From the NCBI RefSeq assembly GCF_041956535.1, contig NW_027192206.1, forward strand, positions 333,928 to 397,927: 64,000 nt of DNA, written 5' to 3'. The notes beneath the pieces were generated by a model. That model was not told the DNA's origin, searched no databases, and saw only the letters and a program-made list of their open reading frames with translations. This document shows positions 15,767-31,378 of the stretch, piece by piece. The translations under genes were made by a program, and so were the position numbers. The DNA is from Calcarisporiella thermophila CBS 279.70 (lineage: Eukaryota > Fungi > Calcarisporiellomycota). The first letter of the stretch is position 1; every line of letters starts with the position of its first letter.

Positions 15767-16025
15767 TTTATTAGTGTTATCTCTCTCGATCAATTTTTAA
15801 TTATTTTTCTAAAGGTATTTTTCCCTCAGTCGGTTAACTACTTGTTAACAAATGACACAAGATTTCTTTTTCTCCCTCTTTTTCCGCCCTTAGCCAACTC
15901 GACCTTGCCCCGCTCCCAAACATCCAAATCATCTTAATTAATTGCCCATTCTTGCCCATTTTCGCTTTCCTCCCAACCTCGCTTGAGTTTCCCCATTTTC
16001 TCCACACCGCCCCACCAATCAAATA

Positions 16026-17873
16026 ATGCCAGAACAACAGCCAAACCAACAGTCCGCGTCCATATCCCACATCTCCACGCCCCGGAAGCTCACTGACGCA
16101 CTCCCGCTTGTAGCTGCTGTGCTGCCTGCACAAGATGAGCCCTTCTCGGACCACAAGAACTGGCGCCGCATCCAGCACTCTTCCACCTACTCTCCTCTCC
16201 CCTGTCATCCATCTTCTCGCCGAACTTCACATCCAAATGCCGGAATGGAATCCCTGCTTGCTGCTATCGATAATCTCGCCGACGCACCCTTCCACCCAAG
16301 TCTAACTCGGCGTGCTCGTGCGTCCGCCAAGGCCCAGAAGAATCAACAGCAAAACCATCAACAAGGCTACCGGCATATACCTTCACCTAATTCCAGCTTA
16401 CCACTTGATGATTCCCCTTGTGGCACGGGGGGCAAACGGGCCAATTCCCCTCCCGTCATGTCGATTGCCTCGCTCTTGGATTCGCCCTCACCGCATTCCT
16501 CATCACCAAACGAACTTAGCCAAGTGGAGCGGTCAGTGGCATCTATTCTTGTAGCCACAGCTTCTAGATCGAGTCCCACGGATATCAACACAGAGCAGGA
16601 GAAGGCCTACAACGGAAAGCAGGATTCAAAGATCAGAAAACGATCTCGAGCCGACTCTGGGGCTATGTCAGAGCGGGAGAATCGAATCGTTAAACCCCGG
16701 CACTCTCCTGCTCCCACTCCGGGTACTTTTCGTGTTATATGCCAGCATGCGTCGGTTGCACAGAAATCCTACGGCGGCGAGAAACGATTCTTGTGCCCGC
16801 CCCCTGTAGTGCGCATACAAGGATTCAATGGAGTTGAGCGGCCGCATGCGGTCCTCTCGGTGATAGGCGAGGGGGTCTCGCAGGAACAGAGCACTCCCCT
16901 TGGTACCAACCTCACGGGTATGTTCAAATACTTGCATGTCAGCGCTGCCAAATCCAAGCAATTTCGCCTGCATCTATGCCTTGAGACAAGTTCAACGAAG
17001 CTTGCGGCCGACTCCGCACCCATAACCATTATCTCAAAACCATCGAAAAAGACCGCAAAGGCACGTAATGTCTCTACTTGCGTGCTCTCCAACTCGCGGG
17101 TCTCTCTTTTTAACCGCATCAACTCACAAACCGTTCGTACTAAATACATGTCTGTCGAAGCTGGAAGACTTTGTGCCAAAAACAGCAGCTGGTCGGCCTT
17201 TTGCATCCGCGTGTTGAATACAGAGTCAGCTTCAAGCCAAATGAGCCCAGAGCAGGAGCAGGAGCACGAGAGAGATAAAGATGAAGAGCATTCTCAGGGT
17301 GAAGAGATGGGCATCACACTGCACACGTCGGACGAACACGATGAGCAGGAAGTCCAAGAAGATAAAGGACCGTCCCCTCAAAATGCTGCTCTGGAGGAAG
17401 AAGCAAAAGGAGGAGTCGAGCCTCCCAAAAAGAGACACAAGAAAAAGGCTGAATCAAATGACACCATCAGCGCTAGCATTCCCTTGCTTTCATGTGCCCC
17501 AGTGCTCTATGGCACCGAGATCGAGCTATTTGATCCCGATACGGGCGTTTCCACCGGCCCGCTCATTGTTCGCAAGGTAGAGAAGGGACGCGTGGCGCGT
17601 AACGTCCGAGGGCCAGTAAGCCAAATGCAAAAAGTGGCCCTGCAACGTGTTGGTTCTGACCGTGAATATTTAAGCGCGTCACCGAGCACTTCGTCAGACG
17701 AGGAGCGCCACACGCAAGATGGGTCAACCTTCCTCAGCTTCCAGCGTTCCCGCATGGTACATCGTGAGGGCGAGATTCGTGGTGAAGAAGAGATGGGCGA
17801 CTTACTATGCTGGACAATTGTGGGTATCTCTGAATTCGAAGCCGTATGCCAAACCTCAAGTAGTCAAGAGTGA
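16026..17873 (+). CDS. CSL (CBF1/Su(H)/LAG-1) transcription factor, probably fungal class F1 (Cbf11-like)
   Basis: HASVAQKSYGGEKRFLCPPP, ISKPSKK, VSLFNRINSQTVRTKYM, GPVSQMQKVAL, WTIVG motifs of the LAG1 and beta-trefoil domains; single exon. Confidence 0.95.
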   Translation: MPEQQPNQQSASISHISTPRKLTDALPLVAAVLPAQDEPFSDHKNWRRIQHSSTYSPLPCHPSSRRTSHPNAGMESLLAAIDNLADAPFHPSLTRRARASAKAQKNQQQNHQQGYRHIPSPNSSLPLDDSPCGTGGKRANSPPVMSIASLLDSPSPHSSSPNELSQVERSVASILVATASRSSPTDINTEQEKAYNGKQDSKIRKRSRADSGAMSERENRIVKPRHSPAPTPGTFRVICQHASVAQKSYGGEKRFLCPPPVVRIQGFNGVERPHAVLSVIGEGVSQEQSTPLGTNLTGMFKYLHVSAAKSKQFRLHLCLETSSTKLAADSAPITIISKPSKKTAKARNVSTCVLSNSRVSLFNRINSQTVRTKYMSVEAGRLCAKNSSWSAFCIRVLNTESASSQMSPEQEQEHERDKDEEHSQGEEMGITLHTSDEHDEQEVQEDKGPSPQNAALEEEAKGGVEPPKKRHKKKAESNDTISASIPLLSCAPVLYGTEIELFDPDTGVSTGPLIVRKVEKGRVARNVRGPVSQMQKVALQRVGSDREYLSASPSTSSDEERHTQDGSTFLSFQRSRMVHREGEIRGEEEMGDLLCWTIVGISEFEAVCQTSSSQE

Positions 17874-18545
17874 AATATTTCACAAATATTAGTGTTGACA
17901 GAGTTTTGTTCTGCCCAGTCTTATTATTATTACTAAATCGAGAATAATTAGTAAAAATTTTTTTATCGAGATTACGTTTTGTATTGTTTTTTTATCTATG
18001 TTGAACAATTTTAATATCTCCGTATTTTTATTATTTTATCGAAGTTTTTTTATTTTGTTTGCCCACAATGCACTTATCATGATCCGAGTTTTGTTATATA
18101 AACGCAAACGATCAAGTGTAATCAAGAAAATATTCATTGATGTTTGGGAGGCGAAAGATTCACCAAAGTTATTAGTCTATAAAAAGACTACAATTTCCAT
18201 AAAGAGCCGCTATTTTTTGTCCCTTCAAAATGTGCAATTAAAGTCGTTACAATTACCAAATATTTGTTGAAAATGTGAACCAATATTATGTAAGGTATTC
18301 TGGTGCCTTTTACTCCACTAACATAAGAGTTTGTTTTTACTGCTCCAGGAGATAGTCCCAGATTACGGAGATGGTATTGCCATTACCATAACCGTTGCTA
18401 TCTACCATAGCCGTATCCATAATTCAGATTTGAATTGAAATCCTCATTCAATCTAATTAAGAGACCTGTGACGACATCAGATTGATTTGATTATACAATT
18501 TATTAATTAATAAATAGCGTTGCCCATTGTTTAGCGTGTCAACCA

Positions 18546-19425
18546 ATGCATGGTATATTTGTCGGAAGAAGCCTGGGTGCTCTCTCTATCGTGAATTATT
18601 CCCGCCATGCCTGCATTTATAAGTTAGCAAAGGTGCCTACATTAATTCTCGTGAACAGAGACTATTCGTCAACGGGGGATGACCAATTTCCATGGGATTT
18701 CGAAACAGCCGAGAACTGGCGTCGTAATTTTACTCGAGATAAAATCCCAAGAGGTAAACGCGTGTGCAGCCAATATTGAAATGATATGATTGTAAATCCA
18801 CTTAATAACGAAATCAAATGATTAGACACATTAAAAATCACTTTCAGCAGGAGTCGAGGACCCGGTGGACAGAATGTCAATAAAGGTTATTAGATGGATT
18901 GTTTATAAGCTCCAAATTTCATTTCTAAATGTTAGCATTTTGGTTCAATTAGTCTCCACAAAGGTGGATGTACGCTTTTTGCTGGACGAAGCGCAGTGGA
19001 TACCCAAGTATGCAAGAGAAAAATTAAAAGAAATAGTGAGTATCTCTGTTCTATTCCATTATGGATAAATTCCTAATTAACTTGCTATAATGTAGAGTCA
19101 TAATCGCATTAACAAGAAAGGAGAATTTGTGATGACTTCAGATAGGACCCGATCACAGGCTCAAAATCTCGAAGACTGCATTAATAAGCTACACGACGAA
19201 GTTCTGCAGGCCGTTGAAGTGCCAAGAGAGCCCGATGAGGAAACACTCAAGCGTATTCAGAGATTGTAAGTATATCTGACTGAAAAAATCTCAATTTATA
19301 TAGAAACGATATGTTTACATTACATACTTGGTAGAAAGCTTGCAGAAAAACAAAGATTAAAAGAGAGCAAAAAACATCATTCAAGCAAGAAGGCATCAAG
19401 ACGAACTAGAGGAACTGATGATTGA
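18546..19425 (+). CDS. ICT1: ICT1/Pth4-type codon-independent mitochondrial peptidyl-tRNA hydrolase (RF-1 domain)
   Basis: SRSRGPGGQNVNK|VSTKV, TSDRTRSQAQNLEDC, basic C-terminal tail, presequence-like N-terminus. Confidence 0.9.
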
Positions 19426-19574
19426 AACCCAAGTCATATTGTATAAACCATTTGGAATAGAATATTTGTCTGAATAAAGCATAGATATACTTTCGATTGT
19501 GTGGCTTAGACTTTTTCATTACATTTTAACTGCTTTGAAAATCCTATTGCTTTTCATATACAGCTCTAAATAAA

Positions 19575-21470
19575 ATGGCCTCAGCACTTGGCGGCAAACT
19601 TAGCAGAGAAGATTATCGGCGGCAAAAGGATCTTGAAGCGGCTCGAAAGGCTGGAACTGCACCAGCTGAAGTCGATGAGGAGGGTCGGGAGATTAACCCA
19701 CACATTCCTCAATATATTTCCAAGGCTCCATGTTTGTATTCACAAGCTATTTAAATTACAAAAGAGAAACAATGTATCTAAATGATTAAATTTTATAATT
19801 TTAGGGTATCTCGACACTGGGGCCCCTTCACTTAAACATCAGCGCAATCAGAAGGAGGCGGAGCAAAGAGATATCATTGATTTAGATGCACATCGTAGAC
19901 GTGGCAAGGCAGTAAGTAGTTGTTTAACAAGATCAATTTATTGAGTGGGTTATTCATCGATGATACTTTCATATAGGGCCCAGCAGCAACTAAATATCGC
20001 AAAGGTGCCTGCGAAAATTGTGGTGCAATGACTCATAAGACTCGAGATTGTGTGGAAAGACCCCGAAAGCTTGGCGCCAAATGGACACAGAAAGATATTA
20101 AACCAGATGAGTTGGTGGCAGATGTGGATGTGAACGATTATGATGCAAAACGAGATCGTTGGAGCGGATATGACGCAGCTGCTCATATGAAAATTATGGA
20201 AGGTAATTGAATGCGATCTATGTTTTGATCTTAGAATTAAAAGAATCATATATTGTATATTTACTCAACTTCCTCTTCTATAATACAGAATATGAAAAAA
20301 TCGAGGAAGCTCGGCGAAAACTGAAAGCAAATCAACTAGATAAAGAGGGCCCGTCAAGCACCGCGGAGGCGAAGAAGATCTCTAAACATGGAGAATTTAT
20401 GTCAGATGATGAGGATGGAGATGACGAGGAAAGATATGCAGAACAGGCTGACATGGTCGGTCAAAAAGTGGATACCAAGTCTCGCACAACGGTTCGGAAT
20501 TTGCGTATTCGTGAAGATACGGCCAAATATTTGCTCAATCTTGATCTGAATTCGGCATACTACGATCCTAAGACTCGGTCCATGCGTGATAACCCTAATA
20601 AGGATGTACCTCCTGAAGAGGTATGTATCATTAAAAAATTCTTTAGGCAAATGGCAGAGATGTTCTAATTTTTCTGAATATTCTTAGGCCGTGTTTGCAG
20701 GAGATAATTTTGTTCGATACACTGGCGAATCATCAAAGATGGCTCAGGTGCAAATGTTTGCGTGGGAGTCGTCGGAACGTGGTGGTGATGCTCATCTTCA
20801 AGCAAATCCCACCCAAGCGCAACTTTTACATAGTGAATATGTAAAGAAGAAGGAGCAGCTCAGGGCGTCGGTACATGACTCGATTTTAGCTAAATACGGC
20901 GGGGAAGAACACTTGAAAGCTCCACCAAAAGAACTCCTACTTGCTCAGACTGAAAACTATGTCGAGTATTCCCGGACGGGTCGTGTTATAAAAGGTCAGG
21001 AGCGTGCCAAGGCTAAATCCAAATATCAAGAAGATGGTAAACACCTTTTTGCCAAATTAATAATTCAGGATTTCAATTGACATGTGTTTCCTGCGCTTCT
21101 AGTGCTTATCAATAATCACACTGCTGTATGGGGATCTTTCTGGGCGGACGGGCGATGGGGCTACAAGTGTTGTCGATCCTTTATAAAAAATTCATATTGC
21201 ACCGGGCTTGAAGGAATTGAGGCAGCTAATGCATCCAATCTCTTGACTTCCTCAGCTGAACAGAGCGAAGAGCCTGCTCGCTCATTAGTTGAATTGCACC
21301 AGGAACAGCAAAAAGAACAGAAGAAAAAGGGTAAAAGAAAAGCAGAAAATGACCGAGACGAAGATAGTATTCGACGCAAGGTGTTTGACATCAGCGATGA
21401 GCAACTGGAAGATTACCAGAAAAGCCGGCAACACTATGATGATCCTATGGCGAATTATGTTGATAAATAG
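19575..21470 (+). CDS. SLU7: Pre-mRNA splicing factor Slu7
   Basis: [20 protein letters not shown], zinc knuckle [33 protein letters not shown]. Confidence 0.97.
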
Positions 21471-21580
21471 CGTTTTTTTTTAACGTTTATTAGTAAACAT
21501 AATAAATAACTTATGTATATCTGAGTGTAAATAGAAGCAGTTTCGTATTGTTTTTGAGTTAGTCCGTGTAATCAGAGAGC

Positions 21581-23251
21581 TTACCATTGCCAACTTTTGT
21601 TCAAGATATAATGTCCTATATAACGACGAAGTTTAAATGCACGTATATGTCTTGAATTCTCACCAAAAATCGCCACCCAAGGGCGAAAGAATTGCTCTGC
21701 TATAGATATTATATATCCAAATGTCCCCATGAAAAGATTTATTCCAATCTCTTTTAGTATATCCAACATTCCGATTAAATATTTAAATAGTCAATGGAAA
21801 ATAAAATCGATGGAAGAAACAAGAGTTTAAATAGTATAAATATAATATAACTTAGTATTCACGACTTTGAAGAGCATAAAAGGTATCAGAGTTGAAGGAG
21901 GTTGATAAACTGTTTATAGGAATCTGCTATGCCTCAATAAATTCCTTCAAGCAACTAAATGAATGATAATCGAAGTTCTCGTCAAGGCGACATGTACATG
22001 TTTTAAAAACCTTGTAGGATGAAGGACAGTGAGTAAATGGGTGGAGGCGGTAGCCGATATCATTCCACCAGTAGACTTGGTCTTTTCGCAAGAGTAGTAC
22101 CGCTGCAATGGATATCATCATAGCATCACCCCTTAATAAATTGTATTGTAATGATTAGCGCTAATCACAAGAAACGGACAGGAAGAAAAATTACCATCTC
22201 TCATAAAAGATCCCTCCATTTCGGTCGAAATAATTAAAAAGTTCAGTATACTTATCACTGCGGAAATAGCTTAAATCACCCATCTTACAAAACCAGTCAG
22301 CAAATTAATAATGTTTCATTTGAAATTCATAAGAATAATGTCACTTACTATGAAATTTGTCCACATATGGCAGAGATTGAATTTCCCTCTTTCGTCTATC
22401 ATGAAATTAGACAATCCACCTGGGTGATGGAATGGTAACTCAGGATGCAGAGAGGCATATTCCATAGATTTTTCCCAAAGAGTAGGTATGGTTTTCTCGT
22501 ATTCATGCAGGCTGATCGAAAAAGTCATCTTGATATCACGTTCCTTCATAAACTCAAAGGGATCGTACAAAATATCACACATGTATTCTGTTCCAGCCTC
22601 TATACGCCAAAAATAGTCCAACTCCTTCATGATGGGATGGCTAATAAAGGGCAATCTTAACTATAACCAGTAGATATATTAAAAGATAGGGGCAAGTTAC
22701 CGAAATATAAGGCCAGTGAAGAATCTAGATTGAAATCTGTAGTCTTCACTTTCTCCGAGAATGACATTGGTCATATTCTTGCGAACTTCTCGGGCAAGGT
22801 CGCGATCAATCCATTCGGGATAGCCCCACAGTTCCGAAGGTATTCTGATAAACTCGATATTACCAGAGGTGAGCGCACTTGTGTACTCGCGAAATTCGGT
22901 TGACAATTCTGTATCATATTTCAAGTTATAGGTTCAACTGTTTAATACGATGCAATATCAAGTACCTTCATCGCTGAATATAATGTAGGGATATCGTCGG
23001 TTCTTATTGAATGAATCTTCTATATTACGAATCGTAATACGCATTTTTTGTAACTGGTCGTTCCGTGCATGGGTTATAAAAGCTGCCTTGAGCCTTGGAT
23101 TCGGATGGTATAAGCGGTAATGGGGAGCATTATTGCGAGATCCGGCCACAGAATCCTGCCTCAAGCTTAAGTTGTTCGAAAGCTGGAGGCTAAAAACAAT
23201 GAATAGAGCTACAATACATCCTACTGAGATGATGAAAGCTCGTCGTGACAT
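21581..23251 (-). CDS. GT15 alpha-1,2-mannosyltransferase (KRE2/KTR family), type II membrane protein
   Basis: N-terminal TM segment, WGYPEWID, YFWRIE, FNLCHMWTNF, GGIFYERWGDA; 3' end boundary less certain. Confidence 0.88.
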
Positions 23252-23934
23252 TTTCCAGTAGAATTCTCAAAGCTTTTTCGCACTACCAAGCATTATTTTA
23301 ACTCGAAATGTGACTTCTGTCCACTATTTACGATGCTTTAAATAACTGTAATACTATCACATAGATTACAATCACTTTCAAAAGATTTTCTTGTCATTTC
23401 AAATAGGCAGGTAGTATAATTGGCAGCCTAATGTATTTCACTTAAAATACAGTAAAGGGATTTAATCTATAAAAGCACTGTATTATTCAATAGTTGTACA
23501 TTCAAATGCGGTCATTTCAGTCGTGAGGAGAGTTGTTGTTTAAAGCAATAGCCGAATTAGTTACTATAATAGGTGCGTTTTATATAAGGTAAGAAAACTG
23601 GAAATTTGAACAAATCTAGAGCGTCAACTTTGAAGGGGGAGGAAAATCCGTCCTCTGTGTGAATCGTATTTTTGCACAGCTTCTCTTTTTCCAAATACTG
23701 TGGCGCTAAATGCGCCGGATGACAGGGTAAATAATAAATAGTTCATTTGAGTATAAAGAATTTGTGAAGCTTAAATCTCCCCGAGATATCATTGTGAGAC
23801 CTGTGATGTCTCGGTTTGGACCGAAATGAACGGTGAATTGGGAGAGCTAAGCCTTAAAATCCAGCAAGGCAGTTTGAAAAGCTCTGGTTGTAGCTCTATA
23901 GATTCATCCTGTGATTTAACCCGTAAAATATATC

Positions 23935-25554
<1,620 letters not shown>

Positions 25555-25972
25555 CCTTCTAATTCAATCTCTTGATTATTTCAGTTTGAATATCAATATA
25601 TTCTCAATCTTTTCATTTAGTTTATTCCAAAATTATTGAATTTTTTATGTTGTTTATTCTTTTTTGTAATTACAACTGCATATTTAATTTATATTTTTTT
25701 ATTTTTTTATTACATGATTTGCGATAATATGTAATCCTAATGGGCTTCATTATTATTATTCTTTCACTGATTGATCCATTTTTTCTATATATTATCTGCG
25801 ACTATTGAATTATCATTCTTATGCTCTCTTTTTTTTTCAGGTGCAATCACATTTAAAGTGGTCTTTACAGACATAGACCCGTATTCACTTTTCTCATGTG
25901 CAAAGAAATAGATACGATAATTAATGTGTTTGATGTAAGTTTACTAAATATTGGATTTTTACACGATCTCTT

Positions 25973-27404
25973 TCAACTCACAAATGTGAAAACAACAAAG
26001 AAAACAATAACAGTTGCAAAGACCTAGGCATAAAGCAGCGGTTAAAGATGGTTAATAACATGTCAGATTGTATAAACTACCTTTAGCATCAGCCAACGAT
26101 TAGAAGAAATACTCGCATAATATTTAAGAAGCTCCTTCTGCGCATTGCTCACGTTCATCTCAATATCGTCGACATCCTGATCAATGCTAGTGAATAAACC
26201 AATGTAAATTTTCATGTATCTTTTCTGTGTCCCTTTTTTCTTATTGAAATAGCCTACCGCTGTACAGTTTCGCGTTGTTCTGCGACCATTTGTGCTAGCT
26301 GTTGGAAAATACTCCCAAGCTCGGCGATAGTTGATTCGATAGACTGGATTGCAGTGGAGCGGCTCTCGATATAATTAGTCTATAAATATTAGGGATCAGA
26401 AAGCATTGACAAATAAAGCCGAAATTGCGTCGTACATCTTGTTCTGTAATCAGTAGTTGGCTCTGTTGTTGATATTGCTGGGCTGGGTTTTCGGTAGATG
26501 GCGTTGCCAGATCAATGGCTAAGTAATCATTTTTAGAGGTGCTATTTCGTCGATTAAGGTTATAGAGAGGTGAATCTGGCATAGGGCAAATTGAAATGAA
26601 TCAGACATTAAGTTCATATCCAAAATAAATCAGATATATACCTGACATGGTTCGTGAGGGAGTTGATTCTGGCGAGGTGAGCATGAACTGTTCTTGACGG
26701 CTCTTGGATTGTTTAATGTTCTAAATAACAAGGCATTAGCCTATTGTCTATCTCTTCTAACCCCATGTATTTTACCTGTGTGCGTATTTCAAGGACATCT
26801 TTAAAGCTCATAGAAAGATTGGCTAGCTTTGACTGTAGCAGGACTACGATGTTAGCCGAGTTCTCTGCGGCCTGTTTGCTGGTGACCTTGCGTTTTGAAT
26901 CGCGAACGTATTGTTGAAGCAGTGCAATCTGTTTATTCAGCTTTGCGATTTCTTGCTTGATGATATTGGTGAGTTCCTATAGCAATAAAAAGATTATGAG
27001 AATGAATAGATCAAATGTTTTGTCAAGCATGCTGCTTACACTAATTTCTACGGGTTTATCATCAAAAAGAGTTTTTCGTTTTGCCACTGTTCTTACCAAT
27101 TGATTGCCAAAAAGTAGCAGATAGAAGGTAGCAATTAGTCAATGAGTGGATGCATTAATTATAAAGAGAACCAGAAAGATGATCTGATATAACACTAACG
27201 TTTTGCCAGTTTGTCAAGCTTTGATGAGGTGGAATTGATGTCTCGGGAAATTGCAAGAGCAATACGAATAAATTCGCTTTTTGGTACTAACGGATGGTGA
27301 TCATTTGCAGATGGCCGTTTGAGGTCGGGAGAAGGACGCTCGTTCCTTGAACGCAAACTAGTAGTGTTAACGATAGCGGAAAATTCATGAGTTCGATCTT
27401 TCAT
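25973..27404 (-). CDS. SED5: Syntaxin-5 (Sed5) Golgi t-SNARE
   Basis: MKDRTHEF N-peptide, LFDDKPVEI, SNARE motif IESTIAELGSIFQQLAQMV, C-terminal TM segment. Confidence 0.95.
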
Positions 27405-27596
27405 ATTTTAGTTGTATTTTTTTTTTCTTTCTACGATTTATCGATGCAAGTATAAGGAATCTCTAACAGGTGAAGAATAGAGAATGCACGGCCAAATTAA
27501 AGACGGTCACAAGGTGGCTATTTCGAAATTTACGGCGGACAAATGATATTGGAAAATTACAAAATCAAGTTGTAGTGTAAATTTATTAAAATATAA

Positions 27597-30210
27597 TCAT
27601 GACAATGCTGTTTCATTCCGCAACTCTCTCTCCCGTGATAAAGAGGCCATATGATCAGTAAGAGCATCAAGTTGTTGCTGGTAATTGCTAACGGTTGTCG
27701 TCAGCTCGTCCTATTGGATGATAATTCTCTGAGTGAAAGCCAATAAAGCAGTAGTATGTTGTGGTCAATATACCTGAAGCCGTGCGTTATCATGTTTTAG
27801 TGATGCGTTTTCCTTGGCTATAGAAGCCAACTTCGAACGAGCTGAGTCATAGGCTTTATATAGACGTGCGGATTTACTATCTGCAATCTGAAGCTGCATA
27901 TATAAAAGAGTTAATTAAGGCCCTAAATACGCATCAAATTCAACAAACCATTTCCATGAGCTGCTGGACTTTGGCTTCATAATGCTTTTTAATGAGCTCT
28001 TCGCGTACCCGCACTTTCTCTGAATGTGATATTAGCTAGAATAATAGCGAATCAGACACACACGACATGCTATTTGAATAGAAATGTTCTTGCATCTTAC
28101 ATTAAACTCATTCAAAGTATCGTCGGTTTGGGAGGAGCTGGACTCTAAAGTGGTTGAGGCGGATCGTGCCACATCATTGGACTCAGATGCAGTATTGGGT
28201 ATGTCTGAAGGTTCAAGATCCTTTGTATTTTGCGCATTTCCGGCATTATCTCCCTCTGGTTGCTTATTATCGGGTATATCAACCGGAGGAATGTAGCCAT
28301 TTTGTTCTTGTACATGTGTTGACGCGTTGTCATCTACCGTTTTCTCCTCAATTTCCAAAGTGGGTTCTTCATTTGCTTCAGTGGTTTTGACATCTGAGGG
28401 AGTCACTTGAGTTTCGACCAATATCTTATCTGACGTTGTATCTTGCGACAGACTCACAGGCAATTCACTAAGAGCTCCTGCAGATTTCAAAATATCTTCA
28501 CCATGTGAAGTGTCGATTACTTGTTTTGACGAATATTCTTCGGTTTCTGTGAATTGATCCTTGGTTTCAACCGTATTCTATAAATCATTAAACATAAATG
28601 CCTGCGATGAATAGATGGGCATATATAATAAGTCGTGAGGACGAATTACCTGAGTCAGTGCAGATATTCTAGCCGTCAATTCTTGGTGTTGCCTTAGGAG
28701 ATCCTCTTTTTCTTGTGTCATAGTTCGTATTCGCTCTAAATTTTAATTAATTTTTAAGCAGAGAAAGGTTGACAAGATTCGCCGTGAAGAGTAGGAGTTG
28801 TGTAAGGAGATTTACCCTGTAATGACAATAGACTAGCTCGCATGTCCTGGTATTGTGCTAGCCAAGATTCAATAGCCGATTTTACTGCCACGCTTGAATC
28901 CGAAGTCAGCTAAAAGATGGGGATAGTGGATACGATTTTAGCATTTGTAAACCATCAGCTAGTCGTGGAGATGGGCTTACCTCGCCAATTGGTGAGTCGA
29001 GATACTTTTGGAGGATTTCACTGTTCTCTACAGATTTGAACAAGATTGTTAAAGCCTCCTTCAACATATTTAGTTCATCCTGTAGCTGTTTATCATGGAT
29101 TTCCATCCGCGCGTTGTCCTGCTGGATGCTCGTCACCGCCCTACAATTAAAAATAAATTATTATTGAGAGTACATTTTCTAACAAGTAGATTTTAGCGGC
29201 ACATACTTCAGATAATCTTCTTTGGCCCTTGCTAACTCTCCCTCCAAATTTTCCACCTTTCTTTGGGAGTCTGCAAGAGCAATCTCATTAGAGCTGAGCA
29301 ACTTTTGTGATGCTTCCTAAATTTATTCAATAGTTAACAAAACTAATCAGAATTGCGATTCATTGAAATAATATTACCTCAGCCTCATTCAATTTTCTTT
29401 CTAACATAGTGACCTTTTCTTGTAGCAAATTAATATGCTGAGTATAGAGGCTATTGACTTCATAAACTTCTCTATGCAGTTTCTCTATGTGAAGACATAT
29501 TCAACAAGATATCAAGTATAACCTTGATGCTTCATATATATTAACTATACCTACCATTTTCCTCAATCTTCTTTCTAAGATCAAGAGTAGCCGCTTCCAG
29601 TGCCGCTTTTGACCTCTCCAATTCTTTCTTGATCGCAGAGGCACCAAAAGAAAATCCACTTGATTTCTATTCAAGAAAAATGCCATAATACATGATAAAT
29701 TTGGATTTCAAGAATGACAGAGATACTGAAAATATACAAACCGGTGTAGCATCTACTTGTAAATTCTCAATACGTTTTGTGAGTCGCTGATTGTGCAATG
29801 TTAGCAGGTCGATCTGTTCCAATAACTATGGAGTGCACAAAATTTGCTTAGTTATGCAATAAAATTTTAGAACAAATTACAAGACCCACACGTCGCAGCT
29901 CCTGCTCCTTCCCTTTTATCTCGTGCTGAAGTGAAACACTATGGTTCTGCTCCTGTTATCGTAAATGAATTAGCAATGAAGAAGAGAATTAGAGATGGAA
30001 TAATTGGATTTAATACTTTGATAACTGCCTGCTTCAGGACTGATTGCTGTGCTTTCATACTAAGCGATGGATTAGAATTTTAAGCGAATCAGTAACAATA
30101 CATCCACTTATAATAGAGCGCCCAATGTGCATAAGGATCATTATTTACCGAGAGTACTCTTGAAAAAGCTTTTGGTATTTTTGCGATAATTCTTCTAATG
30201 AGATTGTCAT
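27597..30210 (-). CDS. PPP1R21 (FERRY Fy-2)-like coiled-coil protein, short form
   Basis: N-terminal KYQKLFQEYSRMKAQQSVLKQAV...HNQRLTKRIENLQ (KLRAQ motif) and C-terminal DELTTTVSNYQQQLDALTDH (TTKRSYEDQ motif); many exons. Confidence 0.85.
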
Positions 30211-30510
30211 CCCTACGTTAGTTTAAAGGTGAGCACGCGTTATATCTCTGATACACAAGAGCAGCATGCTGACCAGCAGCGGAATATGCTGATGGTGTCG
30301 CAGATCGGTGCCCATCACTCATTTTGCACAATTATAATATAATGTGAAAGATGGTGTAGGGCAATATAATTTCACCATTAAAGAATCGCGTGCTACAATC
30401 TATTAGCCAAGCCACAATATCCTTCCGGAATATTGGGGGGAGGTTTATTATTTTACGCAGAACATACACACGTAATAGGGACAAAAAGGTCGATTAAAGA
30501 GAAAATGTCT

Positions 30511-31061
30511 TTAGAGCAGAGTCTCGAATGGTACAGGTGTGATGGTGGTGGGAACATTGTTGAAGGTGGAAACGCAGTGGCCCTCGCGCGGCATCGCTGG
30601 CTGACGCTTAAGGCACACCTTAACACCGGATTCGTGAGCTTCTTTCAACTTTTGCGCATTCTCTTTAACACGGTGGAGGAAATCCTGGCGGCACTTTGAG
30701 TGCTTGATATGTTCAATGCGGATATTGACGCGCTTCTCCATATAGCGATTGCCAACGCGCTTATGCACAATCACGCCGACGGCGTGGGGGGTAACATTGT
30801 AAACAACACCAGTGCGTCTAATTGCAGAGAATTTAGTCTAGGCTATTCTCTCATTCATATGGCGGGATCCGCTTCAATACTTTACCCATGGTAGAATTTG
30901 TGAGGCATTCCCTTCTGGACAGCAGCGTTAGCCTTGATGTCTACGATGTCTCCAACCTTATAGGTCTTAAGGTAGGTAGATAGTTTGATGGGACCATGGT
31001 TCCGGAAATCCCGGGAGAACATGTGCCGGGTACGGGCGCGGTAACCAAAAGAGTGCGGCAT
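30511..31061 (-). CDS. RPL21: 60S ribosomal protein eL21
   Basis: [40 protein letters not shown]; 1 intron. Confidence 0.98.
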
Positions 31062-31378
31062 CTTTTATGCTGAAATTAGATGGATGCAAGAAGCGACAGG
31101 ATTAATAAGCAAAATTTCCGAGGATTGATACGAGATGAGTGTGAACGGCTACCTTTAATCTCTCGTAATAATACGATCCCACTAAACTGGCTAACGAGAA
31201 TGGGGAGAGCAGAGAAGAGAAGCGAAAAATAGGTTGCGAGAAAGGCTCTCTTCTAAACTGCAAACAAATACGACGTCACATCCAATCCATGAATTGAGAG
31301 AAAATTTTCGCGCAAAAGAGTAAATAAAGGCCTCAGTAGCAATAGCTGTTCCACCTCTTTTTTTCTTCTTCAAAAATC

